Below are positions 28,439 through 41,869 of a stretch of DNA of 64,000 nt, in pieces (position 1 is the stretch's first letter; each line of letters starts with the position of its first letter). The notes below the pieces were generated by a model, which was given only the letters and a program-made list of their open reading frames with translations, made no database searches and was not told where the DNA came from. The translations under genes were made by a program, and so were the position numbers. Origin of the DNA: Microbotryum violaceum (lineage: Eukaryota); contig CDLV01000007.1 in NCBI GenBank assembly GCA_001244265.2, positions 868,001-932,000 of the forward strand. The letters run 5' to 3'.

Positions 28439-31400
28439 CAAGCCTATCCTCTGGCCTCGACATCACGCACAACACTAGATAATGCGGACACCTTGGAACC
28501 GGTTTCGGAGGATTCACTTGGAGCGTGCGCCCGAAGCGAAACGGCCCAGGACCCCCCTGTGCCTCATTCTGGCTTTGGCAAGCAAGCACCACCCTTCGCA
28601 GTCACAGATACGTCAAAGCTACACCGAACCAGGTCCGACTCGACATCCAGCGTTGGTAGCTCCAAGGGCAAAGAGAAGGCTAGCGATGATGGCGACGGGG
28701 AAGGTATCGGCATCGGTATTGGCGCCGACGATCCTGGAATGGTCCTCGCCGCAAATACTCTGCCTCGAGTTCGTACCGTCGCCGTGTCGGAACCATCATG
28801 CGAAGAAGGGAGCAGCAGCAGCACCCATGATTCTCCCAGAGAAACACATTCCGTCGCTTGGGCACCGATCTCCCCTCCGTCAGCACGAGGGACGGTGCAG
28901 CAGAGTCCCAAACTGCTCGGCACTCCGTCTCTTACGACGACGACGATCGCGCGGCTGAGCATCGAGACAGCCACGTTACCGAGTGGAGATCTCGCCTTCT
29001 CGCTCGTATCGTCGACAAGACCTGTACTGAACGAAGCGGGGTCGACATGCGGAGGCTCGGCCGAAACGAGTCCAGAGCATTCATCCGCCGGCCGCTCCGA
29101 TGCCCAACCCAACATCGCCTCGACGACCTCGGGACAAACCTCGCGCGGGGAAGGGAGCGGTCCCATCGATGGTACCAGTTCCTTCTGGGCCACGATGAGT
29201 TGGAAGATGAGGTCTGGAAAGGCGACCGTGGTTCAGAAACGACTTCGCGCCCTTGGGTTTAACGAAGAGCTGTCGAGGGATTTCGACTTTTGGGCCTCGG
29301 CCGGCCTGACGATCTGCAACATCGGTGGTTTCCCCGGCACGGTGTTGGCGGTCTTGAAGGCGATGCGAACGGGTGGATCGTCGATGTATGTGTTTGCTTG
29401 GCCCATCTCGGGACTCTTTTTTATGAGTCTGGCTGCCGTACTGGGCGAGATGGCCTCGACGTGGCCCGTGGCAGGTCAGTCTGATCGCCAATACTCTCCG
29501 ACCTCAGTGCGGGACTCAGAGAAAGCTGACCCTGCTTACATTTCGTTGCTATCGTAGGTGCCATGTTTACTTGGACGTTCCGATTGTGTCGAAGCTCTCG
29601 ACGGCTTGACATTTGGGCTCGGTATCTTTCGTGGATCGTGGGCTCCTTCCTGCTGTGCTCGCACATTCTGCTGCAGGTAGATCCGGTGTGGACCAGGGAG
29701 ACTGAAGTAGATCGGAAAGGCTAACTTTGTACATCTCGCGCGGTTTTAGATCGTCATCACCTGGCAATTCTCTCACAATCTCCTCGGCACAATCGGCCTG
29801 TATAGCAAGACGAATAGCTCGATCTGGGTGCCTGTGGGGATTTGCTGGGTAGGTTGCGAGTCACGGCTTCTAGTTCTGGAGTGAGTAATGAATCCGCTGA
29901 CCTAGCCTCTCTCATCTGGTGTTCTCGATAAGGCGGTTCTCTTGGGGTCTGGGCTGATCGTCAGCTCACCTATCGTCCGCTCACCCTGGTTCTGGCGAGG
30001 TTGTGGTTTCATGACCATCGTCTTTTTTCTCACGCTCAACATCACCCTTCTCACACAAGCCAAGACAATTAAGTGGGTATAGTGACTAGTCCAGGTGCTT
30101 GGTAGTGGAGTGTCCTGACGCTCCTACCTTGGCTCCACAGATCCGCCAGATGGGTTTTTTCAAACTACGAGAACGACACAGGCTTCTCCAGCAAAAGCTA
30201 CGTGTACATGCTCGGTGAGGAACATAAATACGTTCTTCTCGCGAGGGTTTCGTCGGCTGACTTTTTTTGTCATCGACACAGGCTGGGTATTCACTTGCGT
30301 AGCTTCGGGGATGGAAGCTGCCGCTCATATCGCAGAGGATACCCGGGCCCCGGCCAGAACTGTGCCCCAATCCATGTTCTGGAGCCTCGCTGCGACGTAC
30401 GGCATGGGTTGGGTCTCGATCTGCGTCTTGTTGGCAACGTTGGATGCTTCGAGTCTCGATCCGACGCTGCAACCTTCCATCGCGCTCATCGCTAACTCGA
30501 TCCCGCGCGCCCACACAACCGTTGTTCTGATCTTTGTCCTCCTCTCCTTCGCCTTCCAATCGATCGCCCAACTTCTCGCCACCTCTCGATTCACCTGGGC
30601 GCTAGCTCGAGAATCAGCTCTACCTCTGTCCCCCTTCTTGCGTAAACTCACGCCCAAGAGTCGATTGCCTCTCCGAGCCATCTGGTGCATCGTCGCCATC
30701 GCTTTCCCCACCATGCTTCTCATCATCGTCGATTACTCGATCATCGCGACCATCATTCTCGAAGGCGCCGGCTTCAGCGTCATGTTTTCCTACACCGTCC
30801 CCGTCTTGATCTACCTATTCCTCCCTCGCGATGCACTATCCGGTGATGGCCGAGCGTTATGGACTTTAAGAAAATGGAGCAAACCCGCTGCTCTTGCAGG
30901 GACTCTGTTCGCGCTCATCTTTATGATCATGCTCTGCTTACCTACGGCATACCCCGTCAATGCGATATCGGCATCCTATGCTTCAGCCGTATTGGTCTTC
31001 GTATTCTTATTGGCGACGCTCGCTTGGATCTTTTACGGGAACGCGCACTACGCGGGACCGATCAAGACGACAACGAAATGGACCATCGGAGCCGAGATTG
31101 AATTACCCCGTTCGGCCACGATGCAGAAAACGCCGACCCCGGCCGGGGGAACTAATAGTCCTGTGCAAGCTGAAGCTTTAGGTCCACGCTTGACCGAATC
31201 GGAATTTTTGGGCAGGACCGCGCATGTGTTTTCTTCGTTCGAAGGGGAGGGGACTACCACACATGGGATGACGACGAGGATGTCGGGGACGAGGATCGAG
31301 ATGGGAAGAGAGGCGATGGGGACCTTGCATACTGGGACGAGAACTGGGACGGGGACGGAATGGTCCACGGATTGGGATGAGGAGGAGGAGGAATACTCCT

Positions 31401-31552
31401 CGGAGGAGGAAGAGGAGGCACCCTCTGCGGAGGCCGGGACAACTTTACAGAGTCAGAGGAGGGGGAGCAGTCGAGAGGCGGATTCGACGAGGTGGAGACC
31501 TAGAAGGGATCAGGAAGCTGATGGACCTCGCACGCCGGATGCGAGCGTGTGA
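28364..31552 (+). CDS. APC-family amino acid/GABA/choline permease with a long disordered poly-Q N-terminus (multi-exon)
   Basis: LRALGFNEELSRDFDFWAS, LGEMASTWPVAG|AMFTW, GMEAAAHIAEDT..PARTVP, SRFTWALARESALP, about 12 hydrophobic segments, and a CAG run at ~28406-28441. Confidence 0.88.
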
Positions 31553-31976
31553 TCACTTTAATGGGCGATTTATTGGGATTCACGGACTGGAAAAATATGT
31601 GATATAGTGCACACACGGTTCGCAATGTTGTATCACCTAGATCTTCGCCTATCATCGTTGCCCCTGTTTCATCTCATGAAACTTGCGAGCTGCTGCAGCG
31701 CTCTCAAAGACAGAACATCTTTCAGGTGGGGCATTCAGTGGACAGAAAGCACAATCCAGTATTAGTAATACACAAAAAGTGAGCTTCTCCCAAGCAACAA
31801 AGGCAAAAGGAGAGAAGAGCTCTCTACTCGAACGCCATCGTACATACAATGTCTAAAACTCTACGTTCTAGCAGGAAGAGAACGACTTTTTTGGGAGGCA
31901 AACCAGCGGATATTGAAGAGAGAGTGTGTGTCTTGGGGAAAGAGATCCAAAACGAGAAGAAGTTGTTTGCCCGAGC

Positions 31977-33859
31977 TCAGTCGTCCTTGAGACCGCCCGT
32001 CAAACCCGATCCACCGCCGTCCCCACCTGGTGTCCCGCCTCGACCATCACGTTTAACACGCGACCACATGCCCACTTTAGGATCTGTCCAATCACAAACA
32101 AATTCTGGTCAGCTCCTGTTTGCCTAACAGTTATTAAGAAATCGGGAAGGTGTTAATTCACCAAAGATGAAACGCAACGTCACCCCCGGCCAACTAGAAT
32201 GTTGAGGCAACGGATCGTAGAATTCACTGGCGATACGACGTAGTTCGGGAAGTTTGGTCCAAGCAACGGAAGGAAAGTCGTGGTGTTCGTTGTGATAGCC
32301 GACCTGAGAAGGGCAGGACAATTATTGCCTGGGGTCAGTATTCGGCGGACCGAGCGGGTGGGGAGATGTGGGACTGACGTTATAAGCCAAGATGTTGAGA
32401 GGGCCGTAGTAAGACCATGTTTCTTGGTCGTGACCATCAAAGAGGTAGTGCTGCACCCCATCAGAATGCCAGATAACATTACTGGTCAGTACAAAAAAAA
32501 AAAAAGCTTTCAAGCCATCAGTCTGAACCCATTCACCTCGGCAATAAAGTGCCCCGCACAAGGATGCAGCGACCCAGCCATATGGCTCGAGAGCAAAAAG
32601 TAAAGCATCGAGTACCATCCAAGATATCGAACGACGAGGGCATTGAAGCTCAATTGGACGAGCCAATTGAGAGCGACCCAACGCGTCGGGGCTTGGTAGC
32701 GGATGAATCCGGGGCGTAAGGCGTAGAAGAAGATTTGGAAGGAGCTGTGAGGGCCGGAGAAGACGGTCAGTCCGACCTCTCTTGAACGCGTCAGAAATAC
32801 GCCTGTTTAGGTCTCAGCAACTGACGCGAAAAAGGTCTTGCCAAGCACGGTTTTGAAGACGAGCAATTCGAGTCGCGAAGGAATATCGGTGTCCATGCCA
32901 TCTTCAGCGAGGAACTGCCACAGTGAAGAACAATTTCCAGTCAGACCTCCCGGCATGAATTGGACTCCGCACTCTGTAATCGACGCACCTTGTGATGTTC
33001 GATGTGGTACTTTTTGAACATCATCGCAAACGGCACACCAATGGGCAAATTCGTCAGAATCGCAAAAGTACGGTTGGCTTTGACGCCTCGGAAGGCCAAA
33101 TTATGCGTGATCTCATGCACGGCCAGGAAGATATTTTGGTTCGCGGTGCCACCGATGACGTAAGCGAGGATCCAGAATTTCCAGGACCAGAAGGGAGTGT
33201 TGCGTAGGTAGAAGGCAGTGAGGAATTGGGTCGCCATGACGAAGAGCACGACGTATTTGGTCAAGGGTTCGTAGCCCATCAGTTTTCGGATCTGTTTTTT
33301 TGCGTCCGAGATCCGAGATTGATCGGATAAAACTGATCAGCACTTCCTTTCCCACGATATTTCAATCATCGCCTCATCACCGCCCGAAGGTGTCGTCACT
33401 CATCACCAACCAGATCAGCATTTCCCCCAAACTGACCTCCGGATGAGCCTTGAGCACGGCCTTTCTCCTAGTCCGATGCGGTTCCTCCGTCATCAACCAC
33501 AAGAAATCATTTGGATCCTGTTCGGGTTCGATCTTGCGTGGAGCCCATTCGTTACCCGGTCGAGAACCGATCTTTGTGGTGGCGCCGAATTGCGCGGAAC
33601 TGGTGCTGCTCGGGTTCGAGTTGCTGCGAGACCGAAGCGCGGGGGAGGGAGACGCGGTGAATTCAGCACCAGCAGGTGGGTCCTGCCCTTCACCAGTCGA
33701 TGAGGAAGAGGAAGAACACGTCGACAGGGACGAGACGGATCGTTTAACGAGCAACGAGGGAGGGACAACTTCCGCTCCGGCTGCGAGGTCGAACGCGAAC
33801 CCGGACGCGGGCAGTGGGTGGCGATACACGTTCGACGCCGTAGAGCGTGTCGAGGCCAT
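31977..33859 (-). CDS. DES1: Sphingolipid delta-4 desaturase (dihydroceramide desaturase), multi-exon
   Basis: Lipid_DES N-motif DFLWLMTEEPHRTRRKAVLKAHPE. His boxes HEITH, HIEHH and YHNEHHDFP, plus SYYGPLNILAYN. Confidence 0.95.
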
Positions 33860-34502
33860 GTTACGGGGGCCAGGTAATGGAACACAGGTCCGGTAGAAGG
33901 AGCGGGAGAGTGACGTAACTGGACTGGGAATCTAATGAGCTGGATCTAGGAGGGAAAGTAAGCCTGATCTATCAAGTTGAGGCGAGTCGTCGCGCGATGA
34001 GCGAAACGACGTGTTCTCGCCCGTGCCTCAGTTGGGACCTTAGGTGGCAAAGGGGTGCGGATAAACGCACGCAGGGAGCGAAAGGGAGCATCTTATAGCA
34101 CGCATGGGGGCGGATGGGAGCTTCCCTTATCACCAACACCGCGGTGACACGGGACGCTTGTAGAAAGTAGATCTGATATATTCATAACAAGAACCACCTC
34201 ATAATCCCCTCGGACACAGCCAGGATGGGGGAAGAGTGGGGGGGGGGGGGGGAGGGGGGGTATAGGGACCGGATCGGGAGGGAGGGACCGAAGAAAGAAC
34301 GAAGCAAAGAGCGTGAGGTGTCGAAACGTCGACAGATTAGGTACCGAAGTGTAGAAATGGAGGCCTAGTCAAAAAGGGAACGAGAGCACGAGAGAACCAT
34401 AATGCAGTTGCACGTGACGCAGTCATCATAGGGTAACTAGGGGGTGAATCTTACAGGGTTTTCGGGTCGAACCGGAGGTGGACGAGAACAATACGATCGC
34501 GT

Positions 34503-36290
34503 TCACAAGCGATGTCCAGGGACCAGCACGAAGATGATGGTCAAGATCGCGACGACGACTGCACTGAGGAAGGTGACCCATAAAGCGCGGCCAAACAAGA
34601 GCTTGCGCACGTAGGGTTCACGAATGCCGATCGTTCGGAATGGGGTCTGTGCGGCGATATCCTCCTAATGTTAGCAACAGTGCGGGGCAACCTGAGTTAC
34701 TGGGTCAACACCCACCGTTTCGGATAGACCCATAAAGACGAGTAATGGGTCAAGGTCGTAGGCATGCGCGACGAGATTGATGATGGCGAAAGTAAAGGGG
34801 ATAATGACCTGTTATCGATGATCACAGTTCGCATCAGTACATCTGATGAATCCACCCTCGAACCAGGCCCCGGGCATGACTCACCCATAATCTCGACACC
34901 TTAGGCTTCTTATCAAGAAAGATGAACGCAAATCCCGTTGCCAGCCCGACCCACAACGCCAACAGTCCAAACGCCAGTCGCACCAGCGCCGATATCGGCG
35001 TCAAGTTGCCAAACGCCTTGGCACGCAGGAATCGCGGGAAAGTGTCCTGCTCCATCGCTCGGTAAACGTATTCCTTTTGCGCGTGGAACATGTCGGGAAC
35101 TTGGGCCTGCGCATCGGCTTCGCGGTCGTAGTCGGGGTGCGTTACAGTCGGTAAGTTCGATGATGACAAGGTGAACTCGGTGATGCGCAGTGCAGGGGGA
35201 AGGTACACCTCCTTGTCGGCTCCGGGCATGAGGTACCGCGAGTAGATGCGCTCGGCTGAGGCGATGAGGTCGGTCCTCGAGATAGCCGTATCGCGCATGA
35301 TGTACGGTTGGGCCGGTGCCGCCAATCGACCGTTGCGAGGTCGGTCCTCCGAGTCGTGAGGGTAAAGCGCTTGCAGGGTTGGTGAGAGTGGGTAGGATGC
35401 CGAAGCAGGCGTCCGAGGACGGGGGGACGGCGTGCGCAGAGCGTCCTCCCGTTCGCCTCCCAAACTCGGCCCCCTTCGATCGCCATCCGCCTTCTCCTTC
35501 GTCACCCGCGTCTCCCCGTAGTCACTCCCACTGAACGCCTGCGGTCTCCCCGACACGCTCGGTCTCGGACTGGCGGGTGCGGTATTGCCCGGGACTTCCT
35601 CGACCCCCTCGCCGCCATCGTCGCCGCGTCGGATGCCGGTTACGCCACCGTAAATGCTGCCTCGGGTGCGTGCCAACTCGTGGTACCTCGGCCAATCCTC
35701 TCGTACGGTGCGACCGGACTTGCGCAAGTCTTTGAAGTAAGCTCGACCTGTGCAATAATCACCAAGAGTCGACCAAGGTCAGGCCAATCCGTCGTTGATG
35801 CACCGCCGAACGGAGCCGAGTTAACCGTACAAAGGTTCTCATGCTGTTGCACATCGAGCCAAAAGTCAAGCGTGTCCTCCGACCCTTCGCGCTGGAGAAA
35901 GAGGTAGTAGCAGTACAGGTCGACTGGCGGGCGAGTGTCTGTAGCGAGGCACAGCGATAGGGGAGGGGTGGTAGGGGTGGAGAGGGGAGAGGGGTCAGTT
36001 CCGTCAGGGCGGATCAAGTCAAGTCTGTACGGAGACAGGGTTGATGGCGGTGATTGGGGCCCAGGTAACGTGGACGTCCAAAGCGAGATGCTTTGGACAC
36101 AGTCCAACACCGCATGTTGCCCCCACGACGGCTGGATGAATGAGACAGGAGAGGGTGCGCCGTGACCACGCAGTAAGGGACCTACTGCGTCTGAGCACCT
36201 CGGCCAAAGCGGGCAAACGATTCCTCGGTGCTGGGGTTGACTTCTTGGGCGTGGTCGTCGTCACTGTAGGCCACCTCACAACACGCAAAG
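34503..36290 (-). CDS. RAX1: RGS-domain polarity/bud-site protein Rax1; the 5' exons are uncertain and may extend to an ATG at ~36873
   Basis: NRLPALAEVLRR, TRPPVDLYCYYLFLQREGSEDTLDFWLDVQQHENL, SAERIYSRYL, FPRFLRAKAFGNL and three C-terminal TM segments ending VPGHRL*. Confidence 0.88.
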
Positions 36291-36974
36291 GTCAGCATCG
36301 AGCCCGGGCATTAGGTGAAGTAAGCGCCGGACCGCTCTGGCGGCGAGAGCGGGGGGCCCGCGCTCAAGTGGGTGTGAGAGCTGTACGGCATGTGATGCAG
36401 CGCGAACCAACACTTGTCGGGCCTGTACCCAACTCACTCTTGACAAGATTTAGATCACCGTCGTTCGTCCAAGTTGCCTGGAGCTCCCAGCGGTAGTGAT
36501 CTTCCTAACGGCGAAGTGACGAAATGGTTGAAGCACCCACTCGCTGATGTGCGCCGAGCGCTGATGAGCTGTTCAAGTGCACCGCACGCGCCGCGTGTTT
36601 GGCTCCGTCCGGCTCCGCAGATCCGAATCGGGGTCGTACGGTAACCTCAAGAACTCGCGTTCGCCGGTTTTGGGAGGCCGGGGACCGATTTTTGATTGGA
36701 ACTGCCGGCTTCGTGGTCGATGGGTGTGCCGGAGGGAACGAGATGGTGGAGGGGTCGCGGCGACCCACGCTCGTCAATTTCGCGCCCGGCGAACATGCGC
36801 GTGAGCCAGCGGATATGCGGATGCCTTCGTTGATAGCTCACAGTTCGGGGTAGCCGATGACTTCGGTCGCCATTGAAATTTAGGGGAAATTGGCAGCAAG
36901 TATGCATGAATTTCCAGAGTAATGCTAAGAATGAAGCACCATCTGACATCGACTGCACGGTGGCACCGGTTTTA

Positions 36975-37978
36975 CTACTGTTCGGGCAGAATCTTCTTGA
37001 GCCAAGCCTCGACGTCTTGCTGCTCCTTGGCCCCGAGGGTATGTTGCATACCTAGAAGCCGATCATGAACCAACAACAACATGTCAGCATCGTACCGTGG
37101 CGAGACATCACCAACCCCGTCCCAACTGACCCGGATAGCTCTCAAACTGAATATTCTTCCACCCGAGCTCCCTCAATTTCTGCACCGACATCTCCCCCCA
37201 CTGGTACCTCACCACCGGGTCGCCGGTGCCATGGCCCCAAAAGACGGGGTAGGAAGGTGCATGGTCGACTTGCATCGATTTGAGCTTGTCCGCCAACATC
37301 AAGAACCCCGAGAGCGAGATCAGGCCGGCGAGTTTGCGCTCCAAGGTGGCTCCGACCGCGAGGGAGACGACGGCTCCTAATAGTAAACGACGAAACACTA
37401 TTTTCAGCGGTTGTGTGTTCTAGAGGCTCAACGTAGCGTCTCCTACCTTGTGAGAAACCTCCAACGACAATCCGGTTCGCGGGGATACCAGCATCGACTT
37501 CGGAAGCGACCAAGTCCGAGATCGTTCGCACCGACGCGAGCAGACCTCGTTCGTCCTCTTGCGAGGAGTTGGTCGGCGTCAAGGAGCGGATGTCGAACCT
37601 GGCATGTGCACGAAGCATTGTATGAGCACTTCTCTCCCGACTCGACAAAACCTAGCCCGTTATGCTCGTGCGACATACCAGCTGTTCATCGGCATGCCTA
37701 CGTGGTCGCATGTGGGGTGGGGTCTCGATCGGATCAGCAAGGGAAACAACACCGACGTATGCCAGCTCATACCAGCGAGCATCGCAGCTCCCCTACGTAC
37801 CTCCATTAAGCGTAACAGGCTGTGTAGGAGCCGTCGGCAACACCCATTTCACATGCTTGAACCTCGGTGCCAGAGCCTGCGCGAAAGGGTACCACCCCGC
37901 CGCACTATCGCCCAGCCCATGCGAGAAGATAATGGTCGCTGTGTGTTTGCCCTTGGGCAGGACGGTCATGACGGACAT
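36975..37978 (-). CDS. Acyl-protein thioesterase 1 / lysophospholipase (alpha/beta hydrolase), multi-exon
   Basis: HTATIIFSHGLGDS, WVLPTAP, SWFDI, nucleophile motif VGGFSQG, FWGHGTGDPVV and YPGMQH. Confidence 0.93.
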
Positions 37979-38359
37979 TCTGGGAGGGGTATTTCGAGGG
38001 GGACCCGTGCGATGGGGAGCTGAAGTGGGATGGAATAGGCGGGTGGAGGGTGAGGTACGAGGTGCTGTTGAGGGCCGGAGGAGGTAGAGGACCAAGGTAA
38101 AGACGCCGATGAAGAACAAGGTCGTACGCTGAGGGTGCCGACGGGCTGCTGCAGGGTTCGCCGTCGCGTTGGAAAAGGGCAATGTGTGGGAGGAGCCGGG
38201 AGGAGAGCAAGAAGCACTGACGCCTGGCCTAGCTAAACATGCTCACTTCACAGCCACCCAGCAAGTCCTTAACGCCGTGACAATATCTTCGACACTGCCC
38301 AAACAAAACATAATCGTGCTGCACTCCCACTGTATATTTCAACCGGTCCACCGTCAAAG

Positions 38360-38920
38360 TTACCACATAGTTCTCCGTCTCCGTCGTTCCTCGACCGCAA
38401 TCGTCTTCTTCCAACCCCACTTGAGCTCCCTCGTCGTCCTCTTGTGTTCCAACGCCAACTTCCTATCCTTCTCAGCCCGTCTTCCCTCCGGTCCGTCTCC
38501 CCAACCCAACAAACCCACCACGGTCGGACTCGCGAGGCCAAACTTGCGCGCCAACCGTGATCGAGTCCATCGTGCCGGATCCGATCTCCTCAATGCTTGC
38601 AGTTGCTCGATCTCTTGTGCTGACAACACCTTCTTACTTGCGTTCGGGTCTTGGGCACTCGCTTGACCGGCCTTGGACGGTCGCGAGAGAGGTAGACGAT
38701 GCTCCTGTTCGTGGATCGTACTTTGCGACGACGTCGAAGGTATCGCAATCGTCGCGGGGAGGACCGAAGGAGGTGGTCGAACGATAAAGGTCGATCCAGA
38801 GGGGAGGACGAAGTGCTCGGCTAGGGCGGAGGATCGTAGAGGGTCCTTGGTGCGAGTGAGCAGTGGCATCTTCTTGGAGGAAAGAACGCGCAACGTTGGG
38901 GCGAACGCGCTTTTGAACAT
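38360..38920 (-). CDS. MRPL20: Mitochondrial large ribosomal subunit protein mL58 (MrpL20)
   Basis: Presequence, FIVRPPPS, LSAQEIEQLQALRRSDPARWTRSRLARKF and WGWKKTIAVEERRRRRTMW. Confidence 0.85.
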   Translation of the reverse strand: MFKSAFAPTLRVLSSKKMPLLTRTKDPLRSSALAEHFVLPSGSTFIVRPPPSVLPATIAIPSTSSQSTIHEQEHRLPLSRPSKAGQASAQDPNASKKVLSAQEIEQLQALRRSDPARWTRSRLARKFGLASPTVVGLLGWGDGPEGRRAEKDRKLALEHKRTTRELKWGWKKTIAVEERRRRRTMW

Positions 38921-39903
38921 GGTGTGAGGTGGTTGAGTGGTGGGCAGGGCAGGGCAGCGGGTTGTGGTTCAATCGGTGATTGGAGAGTGCCCGATTGCGG
39001 TGCGGAGGGCGCAGTGGGATGATGGGCGCTGACTTTTGAGTTCGTTGAGCACATGTCGACCGGCGACGATGGATTTCGTCGCAGACGGGCCTCTTAGCGC
39101 GCACGGACCGTCTAACGCGCGGAAGCGGGTCCGGCCCCGCTCACCTCCCATGCAGTGAGAACCCGGATCCACCGCTGACTTTTTCTTATAGCGGCTTGAT
39201 GAACACGACTCTGGATCGGAACTTAGCGCATACCTAATTAAACCACGTGCAGTTCCTCGGAATCAGGCTCTCGAACGGACTAGCCGGAGAAATCTGATTA
39301 GCCGTCCGAGTCGCCCAAGCTCATTGGCTAGAAATCGTGAACGATTCCGTTCAGCTGAATTGCCGAGCTCAGCTGTAGATGCTTTTTCTGGGTCAATTCG
39401 CACTTGGACGTCTTTGGCCGGGGTGGGCCTTTGCTCAACTTGATAGGCTGCCAAGCTTTTTCGATTAGATCAATCGAAAGACCGCATCGGCCTCACTGCC
39501 GAAGCACGCGCCAGCCGGATGAGCTCTGGTCAGTCCCCTGGAATGGGGCTCGTTGGCGGGTAGCGTGGAGCCGGCAGGGACCGCCGATGCGCCGACGCCT
39601 CATGGCAAGCTGCACCGAGCTTCGGACGAGACTTCGGATGTTGATAAACCACATTGCTATGTTCTTGGAACTTGACTGAACTTGAGGTTTGATCCCACTC
39701 GTTCGGGAGAGCTTCTTTGATCCTACCCTTATCTCTCCTCCCGCCCATCCGTTCGTTAATCTTCATCGTTTTGTCTGACTCAGTCTCTCACACCATTCGC
39801 CCCGACTCTCATTCCACCACGCCCTAGTTCCTAGCCCCTCCACTCGTTTCAGCTCTCCTTCGGCTCACCACCTCCGCATCACCTCGACGGTTCCCGCTCA
39901 ACA

Positions 39904-41869
39904 ATGAAGGGGGTTCAACAACTACTCTCGTTCTCGACTCTGCTTACGGTGGTACTCGCAGGCGGGTCCATCGACAATAGCGACGAGGCAAAGCTCATCA
40001 GGGTGAGTGGGAGAGATTTTCGTCGGTCGCTCCGAGGCCCCACTTGGATCCATGCGGCTGCTGAGCGTTGCTTCTAACGCGTCTCTGACACCCTACCACC
40101 TTCCTCACACAGTCCTCTGCATCAACGCTCTCCGGTAATGGCAACTACGTGTTCGAAAACGTTGCTACTGGACAGCAGCTCTCGTTCCGTCGCGACTCGA
40201 TCACGAATTTCTTCCCTTCTCTCAGCGATGGCGATTCGCTCGAAGTACAGGTACGTTCATGCTTGCTTTTCTATCCGGATCCGCTCTGGTGGGTTCAGAA
40301 ACCGTACGCGTCCCAAACCGTTTCATTTCACGTGCCGAGGAGCTTGATTGGTCGGGATGTGCGACAACTCCGAGCGGGGACCCCTTCGGCACGCGATTCC
40401 GCAGTCGACGCGTTTCAGCCCGAGCTCCAACGGCTCCAGCTCCCCGGCACCCCGTGCGCGCGCGCACGACGTCATCGGCTCGCGTCAAGCTAGCGACCCG
40501 GCATTGCCTTTCAGCGCTAGACCCCTAGCGGGCTCCGATTCGTGACCCCGGTTTCGTGTGCCTGCCTAGTACCGTAGTAGGCCGACAACATAGATCAATC
40601 AACCAATTTTTCCACGTTGAGACTACATGCTGACCTATAGATCATTGCCAACTCCCTTCCCGCCATCTTCAACAAAAACCCTCGACCTTGTTGACTCTCA
40701 CAATTCATAACCCCTGTTCCAGTTCGAAAACGGCGCGGCGCGCATCAGTGGCGGCAACAACAAATGCGCCTCCGCTCAATGGAGCTATGACGTAGAGGAC
40801 GGTGTCGATGCTTTTGCCGTCTCGTACGCTTGCGCTGTAAGTCGTTCGTAGCCGCGTGGATCGAATGCTGAAACAGGAGCTCACGCCTGGGATGCCTCGC
40901 TTGCAGGTCGGGGAGGGCCAGAGTGGTACCGATACCCTCGAGAAGACTAAACAATGGCGAGTAGCGAAATTTTATCCTACCTATACCCTCGCTTACCCTA
41001 ATATGAACACTTGCTCAGGTGGTACTTTGTCGAGGCCGACTCGAGCTCCAGCGATGGCAACGACGACGACGACGATCACTCTCCTTCCCTCGGTCTCTCC
41101 CTCGCCGCCAAATCCCGCAAAGCCACCACCACCTCTTCCGAAGATACCTTCGACAGCGCCAAGAAGGCCGTCAGTTCTAAAGCCAACGCGACGACGACGG
41201 CTTTCCTCAGCCACGCCAAGGGTTTCTACGAATACCATGCTTCGAGCATCCCTCGCAAGCTGATCGATCAAACTAAGGTTATTCCTACGAACCGCACGAC
41301 GTGGCCTTGCATTCATCCCGGTTGGTGGCTGCAAAAGTGAGTCTCGACAACGTCGCTCGCCGTCACAATCACCGTCCATCGGCAAAGTGCTGACACGTAC
41401 TGTCCGCACCTCGTCACAGCCATCCCTCGTACGTCACCAAGGATGGTCACATTGAGTGTAAGGATGACTTGAAGGCCTACCGTGCATCGCTGTCTTCGTC
41501 CCGAATGGCTCGTCGATCGAGGATTGCTGCCGGTAAGGTCATCAAGCGCGGGGCGAAGGAGTACTACATCATCGCTCAGGATCATTTGGATGTGAGTGGG
41601 GAGAGGTAACATGATTCAGATCGCTGGTTTTTGTACTCAATTTCAAACTTGGCTAATAGGACATGGCGACACGAGCCATTGGATCAAAGTCCGTTTCGAG
41701 CTTTGGCGGGTACACGAGCACCAACCTCGTTCTTTGGAATAAAGTGAGTCGATAGGGTCGCCCCATGCGATGTCTCGTGTCCTTCGTTCCACTGCTGACC
41801 GGGTTGCATGGACCTCGGTGCACTCCTCAGTCGGATCCGCATCAAATTTGGACCATCGTCTCTGAGTAA
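39904..41869 (+). CDS. Secreted ricin-B/beta-trefoil-like protein (about 8 exons, one GC-AG intron at 40957-41018)
   Basis: Signal peptide MKGVQQLLSFSTLLTVVLAG. The spliced product contains GNYVFENVATGQQL, KCASAQW, KTKQWWYF and YYIIAQDHLDDMATRAI...WNKSDPHQIWTI (QxW motifs). Confidence 0.65.

Noticed and set aside
34237-34260. Poly-G tract
   Set aside because: A simple homopolymer in the RAX1 3' region with no further structure.
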